In this document: piece by piece, positions 28,480 to 39,300 of the stretch | Layout of the letters: the number at the start of each line of letters is the position of its first letter | How positions within the stretch are numbered: position 1 is the stretch's first letter | DNA from: a virus | Strand: one strand, 5' to 3' | DNA length: 64,000 nucleotides | Virus record (IMG/VR): IMGVR_UViG_3300050821_006280 | Span: 45,559-109,558 of that record | The notes under the pieces: generated by a model | Told to the model about the DNA's origin: nothing | What the model saw: only the letters and a program-made list of their open reading frames with translations | Database searches by the model: none | Made by a program: the position numbers and the translations under genes

Positions 28480-29001
28480 ATGGCATGCATAATCACTGAC
28501 TTGGTATTCAACTTCAATTCGTTGAATGCCCCGATCCCGGTCCCTCTGGTAACGGTATTTGCCGAACCAGCGACGACTCCTTTGTTTTTGTCTTCGTCTA
28601 GCTTGTTTCACGAGCAAAGCTTTACGAAGCGGGCCACGTCCACTGATCAGACGGGTCAGTGGTCTTTCACTTTGCCGTGGCCAAGCGAGCAAGATCCGGC
28701 GTTGACTCAGTGGATCATCACTCTGCCCGACAACTCAAGATGGATGGGGCTGATTCCACAGGGGGTAAATGGACCGCTGTCACTTCATACGCTGAAGAAT
28801 ACATATGGCTGGGGCCTGATCTCGGCGACTAACCTCAACTTGCTCCCCGTCGCAGTCCAAGGGCCTCCTGGTCCACTCGGCCCTTATACGCCATCGGCTC
28901 CTTTGCAATGGCAGTCGCCTGTGCCGTCGACACCACAAGAAGCACTTGATCGGCTTGCTGCTGCTGTTTATGCGCTCCGCGGCAATACTCCGATTCCGTA
29001 A
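28480..29001 (+). CDS. putative virion protein; N-domain paralogous to next gene
   Basis: LPWPSEQDPAL..WIITLPD.SRWMGL shared; QGPPGPLGP. Confidence 0.75.
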   Translation: MACIITDLVFNFNSLNAPIPVPLVTVFAEPATTPLFLSSSSLFHEQSFTKRATSTDQTGQWSFTLPWPSEQDPALTQWIITLPDNSRWMGLIPQGVNGPLSLHTLKNTYGWGLISATNLNLLPVAVQGPPGPLGPYTPSAPLQWQSPVPSTPQEALDRLAAAVYALRGNTPIP

Positions 29002-29029
29002 CTGATCTTCGATTCCCTAGAGGGCAGCG

Positions 29030-30337
29030 ATGGCATGTCAAATTGTGGATCTGGTTGCGAAGTTTGATCCTGGCAATATTCCGCAGCCAATTCCTTATGT
29101 TTCGGTCTTTGCCGAGCCATCGGTAATTCCTGTCTTCATCCTAAGCAGCAGCATTTTTCGCGAACCCTTCATGGGTCGACGTGTTGCTTCGACGGACGTG
29201 AATGGACAATTCACATTCCTTCTTCCATGGCCAAGCGAGCAGGACCCTGCGCTAGCTAATTGGATCATCACTCTTCCAGATGGTTCTCGGTGGATGGGTC
29301 TTGTTCCTCAGGGAGTCAGCGGCCCTCTAACGATCCACGATCTAAAAATTCATTATGGCTGGGGGCTGATCGACAACAACGGTGTAATTCCCGTTGCCAT
29401 TGAAGGAGATCCAGGCCTCAACTGGGTTGGAACTTGGTCGTCCAGTGTCCCATACGAGGCAAACGATGCAGTCTCATTCCTAGATCCGACCGGCGGCGGC
29501 ATTCCGCTTATATCGAGCTTCCGTTGCCTTATTGCCAATCTGAATGTTCCTCCCATTACAGGAGGCGTCCTTTCTCCAGATTGGGCTTATATCGCACAGC
29601 ATGGCGGATCGCCTGTTCCTGATTTTAGTTCTAGTCCCGATCAGTTTCTGAGAGTAAATGACGCAGCAACCGCTCTGAACTGGGTCACTCTCACAGCGGA
29701 TATGATCGCAGCGGCGTTCATCCCAACTCTGAGCGGGCCGGCTTCTCCTGTCGAAGTCGGATCGACGGTCGTCAATCCAGCGTTCACAGCCTCATACAAT
29801 CGTCCGGCAGCGGCAGCAACGTTAAACGATGGGACTGGAGCTATTGGCCTTACGTCGCCATTCACGGCATTTGCGTATGGATCTGGAACGCTACCGCCGC
29901 GGAGTTACACCAGAACAGGGATCAATGCCGTTGTTACTTGGACGCTAACCGCAAACGAGACGGGTGGTCCCAGCAAAACCTCGTCAGCTAGTGTCCAATG
30001 GGAAGCCCGAGCATATTGGGATACCGCAGTTGATCCAGGCATTGGAGGATATACAGCAGCCTTCATTACCTCGCTGACAGGAAACGCATTAGAGCCTGGC
30101 TTCGCCCGAACGATTGCTTTTGGAGCTGGCGGTGGCACCAAGAAGATGTACTACGCGTTTCCTACGTCCTTTGGAACACCTGCACGCTTTTTGAACATCG
30201 ATACGGGCTTCGCGATCCCGTTCTCCAAAGTGGGGTCAGCTGTTTCTGTCACTAGTACCTTTGGCGTCACGATCAATTACGATTTGTGGGGCAGTGACTT
30301 TGCCGTTGTCGGCGCAGTCAACGCGGGAGTTTCATAA
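29030..30337 (+). CDS. putative tail fibre/virion protein
   Basis: Shared N-domain, WVGTWSSSVPYEANDAV motif, beta-rich C-terminus. Confidence 0.7.
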   Translation: MACQIVDLVAKFDPGNIPQPIPYVSVFAEPSVIPVFILSSSIFREPFMGRRVASTDVNGQFTFLLPWPSEQDPALANWIITLPDGSRWMGLVPQGVSGPLTIHDLKIHYGWGLIDNNGVIPVAIEGDPGLNWVGTWSSSVPYEANDAVSFLDPTGGGIPLISSFRCLIANLNVPPITGGVLSPDWAYIAQHGGSPVPDFSSSPDQFLRVNDAATALNWVTLTADMIAAAFIPTLSGPASPVEVGSTVVNPAFTASYNRPAAAATLNDGTGAIGLTSPFTAFAYGSGTLPPRSYTRTGINAVVTWTLTANETGGPSKTSSASVQWEARAYWDTAVDPGIGGYTAAFITSLTGNALEPGFARTIAFGAGGGTKKMYYAFPTSFGTPARFLNIDTGFAIPFSKVGSAVSVTSTFGVTINYDLWGSDFAVVGAVNAGVS

Positions 30338-33300
30338 TGAACGGCAAGATCCCTATTCAGGGTACGCTCACTGCTGACGGAACCTTTCCGATCGCCAACG
30401 GAGCTATTCAGGTTCCTTCTCAGGCTGGATCACGCCAAGTCATCTACGTCCGCCCCACTGGAAATGACACCACTGGAGATGGCAAAACACCAGGAACCGC
30501 CTTCCGCACTGTACAATTTGCGCTCGACACGATCCCCGTTCTCCAACGTAGCGTTAGCTACGTCGTTGATATCACCGGAATCAATGACGCGAACCAGGCG
30601 ATCAAGGTTCCCCCTTATGCATCTGATAAGCAGATCTCCTTCAATTTCTCGCCTCCGTCACCAATGCAGCTATATGAGGGATACGTCACCCTCTTAGCTC
30701 AGCCAACGGTTGCTGCGACGCTTAATACTGGGACAACCACGATCTCCAGCGATCCTATTACTGGGATGAGTATCGTCACCGATACATCGCAGTCATGGAC
30801 TGTAGATCAATGGAAGAATTCGCTCGTTGCTGGAGGTAGCCTTTTCGAGGGCGGCATCGTTGAGCACAATACGGCTACCCAGCTCTTTATAGCTGGGTCT
30901 GTGTTCTCAACTCCGGTACACCTCTTGACTCCAGGAGCGACGCTTACCGGAGCAAGCAATGTTCCGACGATATCAATCACCAATGTCCATGCACCATTCG
31001 TCATTAGCGGCATAAGTGTACAGAACGCAAACGCCAACACTGGAGCCATTCAAGCAAACAGCTGTGACTTCGTTGTTCTAGACGCATGCATCACCAACGA
31101 ACTGATCATTGGCTTGAACGGCGCCTGTGACAGTATTCTCATATTTGGATCATTCATTCTTGGGGCAAGCGGCACCAGCCTCACGGATATGATCATTACG
31201 TCTGGAACTATCGATATTCAACGGAGCTATATTCGGAACTCGACTCCATCGTTTACGTGTCAATCAGTAAATTTCACATTTTGCGGCCTAGAGAATGTCC
31301 GGTTCGCTGACGCAACAACAAGCTCGCCGCCATTCGTCGACATTTTTGGTCTTCATATGGTCGGACAGGGCCTGTTGGTTATGGGCCAATGTTCGATCGC
31401 TGATATCAAAGTCGACAATGCGACTAATGGCGGGTCTCCGCACCAAAATCCAAACGGAAGCGGAATCATAGTCTTTGGCGGCGGCGTTCTTGATATTGCA
31501 GGCGATGGCGGCAACGTTGGTGGCAGTGGCAATCAGGGTTATGGACTCGAAATCCAGGCGGGTGGTTCTGCCTTTTTTCAATCCGGTCATGTTCCAACCA
31601 CTGGGACCCTGACGATCACTGGAACACTTGGAGATTGGGCTGTAGGCCGGCGCGCTGGAACCTGGACCACCCTTGCTGCCAATCACCCGGTTTGGACTGT
31701 TTTCGATCCATCAACTAGATCATCTATGGCGCCCAATGCTGGTGCCGAGATTACTCCTCTGTTCGAGTCGTATGCGACTTCTGGCCGACCCGCAGCTACT
31801 ACAGTTGCAATCGGCGTCGTCATTCGTGATACGACAAAGAATACTTTCAGCTTTTCGGACGGAACCGGCTGGAACGATCTCGCTGTAAGTCCTGCTGGAG
31901 GATATTTGCCGCTTGCAGGCGGCACGATGACTGGTGCGATCGATTCAGCCTCTAATCTCCAGCTCGGTACCACCACTGCTACAAACATTTCAATCGGTAA
32001 CTCTTCGTCCTCGACGACGCTCAGTGGAGTGATCGCAAGCGACCTCTCTTTCGTCAAGGAGACTGCACGCAATCTCGGAATTGCCACATCAACCACGATC
32101 GGCGCCGCCGGCCCGACGCTATCAATCAATGGCGCTACTTCAGCCGCTGCTAGCGCAGGAGCCGCAGCTGGACAAGCTGGCTTGCTCGCGCTGGTTGGTG
32201 GCGTCGGCGGCACTTCAAGTTCAACGCAGGCTGCGGGTTCTGGTGGTGACATCAGCATTATTGCGGGCGCAGCCGGATTGAACGCGCTCGGAGGTGGTGC
32301 TGCGGCCCGAGGCGGAAATCTCGTACTCGACTCGGGTGCTGGTGGGACTGTCAATGGCAGTATAACGATAGGTGCAACCAACGCCCTCTCTATTGGTGTT
32401 GGGCGCAGTGGTAGTACCACGACCTTCTCTGGTGCCATCACTTTTCCTGCGGGGTCGATTGCGATTGCTGCTCTGACAGCAGATACAATCGTCATTGCAG
32501 CTGGAACAGGATTGTCAGGTGGTGGGTCAGGTACTTTGGGCGGCAGCGCTCCAGCTCTTAGTGTTGTTTACGGCACTGCAACTAATACAGCGACACAAGG
32601 TAACGACTCACGTCTCCCACCTGCTCCTTCTCAGCTTGGAAATTTGATCTACGATACGGGATCTGCATACGCAACCGTTGCCCGCGGCGCTGCAAACACT
32701 GTCCTATTAGGTCAGGGTGCTGCTTCGCCGTCTTTTGGCGCAGTGCCTAACGCTGCACTTCAAAATAGCTCTATCACCGTTTCTGGTAGCACTGGACTAT
32801 CTGTAACAGGATCTCCAGTCTCCCTTGGCGGAACGCTCACGCTCACTAACTCGGGCGTGACGTCCAATGTTGCCGGTGCGGGCATTGCTGTCTCTGGTGC
32901 AACAGGTGCAGTGACGATCTCGATTCCGAGCGGCGCTGTCACTACAGGGATGCTCGCTAACGGTGCCTACGTCCAGCTCAGTCCAGGATCACAGCAGACC
33001 GGCAGTAGCAACATCAGTTCAACGAGCGAGGCCGATGGAGGGTTCCTCGGGCCATCGCTGACCGCTTTGTCTGGCAGCAACTTGACGATGTCGAGCGCAG
33101 GTGCACAGACCACAACAGTACAAGGCGGTGCAGCTGGCGGAATATTGGATCTGTTTTCACCGACTGGGACGATCAATATAGGCACTGGAACCGAAGCAAC
33201 AATTAACGTAGGCAACGCTGCCGCAAAGCTGTCGATACTTGGAACTAATACCCAGGGCGCTGCCCTTAGAATTGGAACCTACGATGCCGATGGAACCGGC

Positions 33301-36300
33301 ACGTCGATGGCGTCGGTACAACCAACAGAAGTCGGGTCATCTCAGTGGGTCGAGTATTTCAGAGGGTTTGCCAACTCATTAACGTCTCGCTTAGATCAAG
33401 TATACGCGATGGGTTGGAACATCAACTCCAACGGGTACAATCTCAATAGCGGTGATACTGCTCTCCAGGATATCTGGGAAGCCTACTATGAACCTGGTCA
33501 GGTCGGCGCCTCCCAGATGGAGCGCCATCTTCAGTTTGTCAATCTAGCCGGAACCGCTTTTAGGCCTTTCTCGTTTTTGATGAGACGGGATATCGATTTC
33601 ATTACGTCCCTCTCGCAGGTCTCGTCAGCTACGTGGTCCGATCTGTTCGGGAACACTCTCTTGAGCGTTGTTGGGCAAGGCCTTGCTGCAACGAATGCAG
33701 CGCCTGGACAGTCAGGCGGAGCTGCCCTTCTTAATGGTGGCCCAGGCGGTGCTGGATCGGCCACTCAGCTTGGCGGAAACGGCGGCACTGTTACCATCAC
33801 AGGCGGCCCCGCAGGTGCAAATTCTGGCGCCGGTACGAACGCACCTGGTTATATCCTGATCGTGCCCGGTGCGGGCACCGGGGCGGTTGGCAGTAATAGC
33901 CTCGGAGTCAATGCAGGTCAGGTCCAGATAAGGGGTATCGCTGGCGGTGCGGGGACAGCGACTGCTCCAGGAGGACAGGGCAGTGGAGTCTTCGTCAATG
34001 GTGGTAATGCCGGCACAAACAATGGTGGCGGATCATCCCTCGGTGGGCAGATCCAGCTTCAAACAGGACCGGGCGCGGCTGCTAACGGCTCCAGCGGTGG
34101 CACACAAGGCGGAGCGCTTGGTCTAACTGGTGGCGCAGGCGGTGCGGGCTCCGCGACAGGAAGCGCTTCTGTTGGTGCTTATCTAACATTTACTGGAGGG
34201 GTGGGCGGTGCGTCTGGTGGCTTTTCAGCTGGTGGTCAGGGTGGTGCCGTTATTAGCAAAGGCGGCGCGGGTGGACTTGCGTCTGGATCACAGTCTGGAG
34301 GTCGAGGTGGTGAAGTTGATCTAATCGCTGGCACCGGTGGCGCAGCAGCGATAGGGGCTGGCGCTGGAGGTACGGGAGGTCCAGCCTTCGCCGAAGGTGG
34401 AGTTGGTGGAGCTGGCACAGCAAGCGGTGCGGCAGGAAGTGGCGGCGCCATCACCGTTCTCGGTGGTTCGGCTGGGGCGAATGGCGGAGCAGGTGGTGCA
34501 AACGGAGGGAATGCAACTTTCGATGCAGGTGCTGGATCTGGTGCTGGAATTGGCGGGGTTGTCCAGATAGCTAATGCCAACGCAAGTAGCTTTACTATCG
34601 GCGGTACCAATGTAACAGCTAGTTCGACCGTCAGCACTGGAAGTACATCTACTCTGACGATTCAAGGCGGGGTTTCTGGAGGCATACTCGATCTCCGTGC
34701 TCCGCTCGGTACCGTTAATGTTGGTGATATCTCAGCAACGACCCTGAATCTAGGAAACGGCACAACCACCGTTTCTCAAAATGGCGCGACTTACACAGGA
34801 ACGCTGACTGCCCCTTCAACGGTTGGGACTGTTGGTGGAGCATGGGCGGAAACTGCTGCAACAGGAGGAGCTGGATCTAGCGTCACAGCTGGCGGTACTG
34901 GTGGCACATGGACTGCTACGTCTGGCGCGGGTGGTGCTGGAGGCACTTCTGGAAATGGTGGCAACGCTGGAAACGCGACTGTTACGGGAGGAACTGGTGG
35001 TGCGGCCGGGACAGTCTCTGGTACGGGCGGAGCTGGCGGGCAAGTCTCTCTTCTTAGTGGTGTTGGAGGTGCCGCATCTACTGGTACAGGTGCGGGTGGT
35101 GCGGGTGGTCTTGTTCAACTTATTGCCAACACCGGTGGAGCCTCTTCAGCGACCGGAAACGGTGGGGCGGGCGGTGGAGTTACGATTCTGTCTGGTTCTG
35201 GTGCCAACGCTACAGCGAATGGTGGAACTGGCGGAGGTGCGGGAAGTATCACGCTGACAGCGGGAACAGCGGGAACTGGCAACGCGACCGGCAATGTTTC
35301 AGGTGGCAACGCCGGCAATATCAACTTCAACGCCTCGGCAGCAGCTAATGCCGCTGGCAGCGCGAACGCAACCATTGCGGGATCTGTATTCGCTACAGCC
35401 GGCGCGGGTGGAAATGCAGCAGCCAGTGGTGGTGCCGCAACTGGCGGAGGATCATTTACTGGGACTGCTGGCGCTGGTGGCACTGGCGCTGTTTCAGTCA
35501 ATGCTGGTGTCGGTGGAGTAGCCTCTGTCATTGGTGGTGTTGGTGGTAACTCTGGCAGCTCTGCGTCGTCGCCTGGTACGGGAGGAAATGCCAACGTCAC
35601 TGGTGGCAACGGTGGGAGTGCCAATACCGGCGGCGGTGCCGTCGGTGGTACGGGAGGGACGATCAACGTCACGGCCGGTATTGGTGGACTTGGCGATGCT
35701 GCAAACAACACAGCGGCTGGAGTTGGTGGTCCAGCAAATGTTAAGTCTGGTGCAGGTGGAGCGGCTGGAACTGGAACTGGCGCCGCTGGCGCTGGTGGTC
35801 TTCTAACTGTTCAAGGTGGTATTGGTGGGGCCTCTTCAGCGACTGGTGCTGGCGGTGCTGGTGGTGGTGTAGTCGTACAAGGCGGCACTGGTGCCAATGC
35901 AACAGCAAGCGGTGGAGCTGGAGGAGCCGCAGGCTCCGTCACAATTACAGCCGGAAATCCCGGTAACGGAAATGCGACGGGCAATGTCGCTGGTGGTGTC
36001 GGCGGAAATCTAAATCTAAAAAGCAGCCCCGGAGCAAATGCAGCTGGCGCTGCCAACGCTACTGCTCCTGGTGCGCTTTCAGCTACGGCAGGAGCTGGCG
36101 GTAACGCGTCGACGACTAGTGGAACGGCGTCGATCGGAGGAACTTTCTCTGCCACAGGTGGAGCTGGTGGCGCTGGCTCAACAGCACTTATTGGCGCAGC
36201 CGGTGGTACTGCTTCTGTTACAGCAGGAGCTGGCGGAGCTTCTGGCGCTTCGGGTGGTTTTGGATCTGGTGCTGGTGGTGCTGTCTCACTGGTGAGTGGA

Positions 36301-39300
36301 GCTGGAGGCACGAACACCTCTGGTCCTGGCGGGGCCGGTGGTGCCGTCAACATTACTGGTGGTGCGCCAGCAGCTGGTGACGCTTCGAGTGCTGCTGGTG
36401 CAACTGGGACGATCACCATTCAGAGCGCTAGTGGTGGAACCAACAACGGTGGCGGTGGCTCTGCTGGTGGTGCAATCAATATCCTTTCAGGGAACGGTTC
36501 TGCGGCAAACGGAGCAAGTGTTGCTCAAGCCGCCGGCACAATCCAAATCTTGCCAGGTGTCGGCGGTGCAGGTTCTGCGAGTGTCGGCGGAGGTACTGGC
36601 GGCAATGGTCTGCTTAAAGGCGGCGCTGGTGGTGTGGCTTCAAGTGGTGGTGTCGGCGGAACAGGTGGTCAAGCAAACGTCCAAGCTGGCGCAGGTGGTG
36701 CCGCTGGAACTAGTAATGGTGGTGTTGGTGGTCAGGTAAGTATCAATTCTGGTGCGGGTGGCGCTGCATCAGCAAGTGGTGGTGTTGGTGGTGCGGGGGG
36801 AATCGTACTTATCCAATCGGGTGCTGGCGGCGCCGGAGTTGCTGGCTCCAACATCGCCGGTGGACTCGGTGGAAACCTAACCGTTGTTGGTGGTACTGGC
36901 GCTGCTGTTGCTGGAAGCGCTGCTGCTAAGAATGGTGGCTCATTCCAAGCACAGGGTGGAACTGGCGGCGCCGGTAACACAGGAAGCGCCGCAGCTGGAA
37001 CAGGTGGTCCCGCTACACTTCTTGGCGGTGCGGGCGGCGTATCAAGTGCGACCAGTGCCGGAGGTTCAGGAGGAGGCACATTCGTCACTGGTGGCCCTGG
37101 CGCGAATGCGACTGCGTCTGGCGGTGGGGCAGGTAATGGTGGTGGTGTAGCCATAGTAGGTGGCGGATCCGGTGCAGGAAACGCCACCGGCAACGTCGGC
37201 GGCGGGGCAGGCGGTGTCGTTACGATCAACGGCGGAGCCAGTGCTGCTGCGGCTGGTAGCGCTAATGCGATAACTGGATCCACTGTATCTTTGACGGGCG
37301 GTACCGGTGGAGCTGCTGGTGCTGGCACGGGCACTGGTGCACCTGGTGGTGGAACAACCGTTGCTTCAGGCGCGGGTGGCGCAGGCAGCGCGACGGCCAC
37401 TGGTGGTGCGGGTGGTGAGCTTCTTCTCAATTCGGCAGCAGGAGGTACTAACAGTGGATCAGGAGGCGGTGCAGCTGGGCAAGTAACAATCAGTGCGTCA
37501 AACGGTACAGCCGCTAGCAGTGCCTCTGCTGCGACAGCCGGTGGTGCTATCGTCTTCAATTCCAGCCTGCACGCGGCACTACAGGGAACGGGCGGGGCCG
37601 GAGGGACCACTACTGGCGGCGGAGCTGGTGGTGCTGTCACCGTCAATACTGGTGTCGGTGGCGTAGCAGGATCGACCTCTGGTAACGCGGGAGCTGGTGG
37701 CGCCTTCAGTGTCGTCTCGGGCAATGGCGGCGCCGCTGCGGCTGGAACAGGAACGAGCGGAGCTGGCGGTATCATCTCTCTCAATGCCGGCAACGCAGGC
37801 GCTGCTTCTTCAACTGGCGCTGGTGGTCTTGGTGGATCTATCACGATCCAGTCTGGTGCTGGTGCTGCGGCAAGTGGGACCAGCAACGGCAGTGCCGCGG
37901 GTGGAATCTCCATCCAAGCGAATAACAGCGGCGCTGCGGCATCTGGTGGAGGTACCGCTGGTGCTGGTCCCACACTGACTGTTCAGTCCGGCAATGGCGG
38001 TGCCGGCGCTGGTGCTGTTGGCGGCGGTAACGGCGGCGTCGTTGCAATCACTGGCGGCAACGGCGGTGCTGGTGGCACTACCGTTGCTGGCGCTCCTGGT
38101 GGTGCAGTTCAATCAATCGGCGGTATCGGTGGAACCGCGGGAACCACGTCGGGTACTGGCGGTCTTGGTGGCACAGGTCTAGTCAGAGGTGGTGTTGGCG
38201 GGGCGGCTGCTGCTGGCAGCGGGGCGGCAGGCAATGGCGGTCCTGCGAACATTCAAGGCGGAGCCGGCGGAGCTTCCTCGACAACAGGAGCTGGAGGCAA
38301 TGGCGGCGCTGCAACGCTCACTGGCGGTGCTGGCGCAGCGGGTACATCAGGAAGCAACATTTCTGGAGGTATCGGCGGAGACATCACTCTTACGACCGGT
38401 GCAGGTGCTGCGGCAGCCGGTACTGCCGTCGGTACCTCTTCTGGAAACGTAAACGTCAGCATCGGAACAGCAGGAGCTGCTGGCGCAAGTGCTGGTGGCG
38501 GAGCTGCCGGTACGATCACTCTGACAGCTGGCACTGGTGCCGCGGCTGGCAGTGGATCATCTAACGCAACAGCTGGTGGTGTTGCTCAAATGTTTGGTGG
38601 TTCGGGCGGGGCTGCATCAACAGGAACTGGTGTAGGTGCTATTGGAGGTACAGCTTCACTTATAGGCGGCGCTGGTGGCGCTGCATCAACAGGAACTGGA
38701 GCGGCTGGCACCGGCGGCCAAGCAAGAGTAACCGGCGGTGCTGGTGGTGCATCAACTTCAACTGGTTCTGGTGGTTCTGGTGGTTCTGTCTTAATAAGCG
38801 GCGGCGCTGGCGCAGCAGGTAGTGCTGGAACTAATATTTCTGGCGGTGTAGGCGGTGGCGTAACTATTCAAACAGGAGCTGGAGCTGCCGCAGCTGGTAC
38901 TGCTGTAGGTACAGCGCCTGGATCTGTTACGATTGCAATTGGAACTGCCGGTGCTTCAGGTGCCAGTGCTGCTGGTGGTGCAGCCGGAACGGTCTCGATC
39001 ACCGCTGGGACTGGTGCAGCAGCTGGGACAGGATCAAGCAACGCCACTGCGGGCGGTACACTAACAGAGGCAGCCGGCGCAGGTGGAGCAGCGAACGCGA
39101 CAGGAACTGGTACGGCAGCAGCAGGTGGTGCCTGGTCTGCGAGTGGTGGAGCTGGAGGCGCAGGAGCTGCTGGAAATACTGCTGGCGCAACAGGTGGCGC
39201 TGCATCTGTCATTGGCGGGGCTGGTGGCGCTGGGTCTGGAGCTGGCAATCCAGGTGGCGGCGGTCAAGTAAACATTACTGGCGGCGCTGCCGGGACTGGC

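Noticed and set aside
28480-30337. Diversity-generating retroelement TR/VR pair
   Set aside because: Similarity is N-terminal protein paralogy, not adenine-specific, and no reverse transcriptase is in the window.
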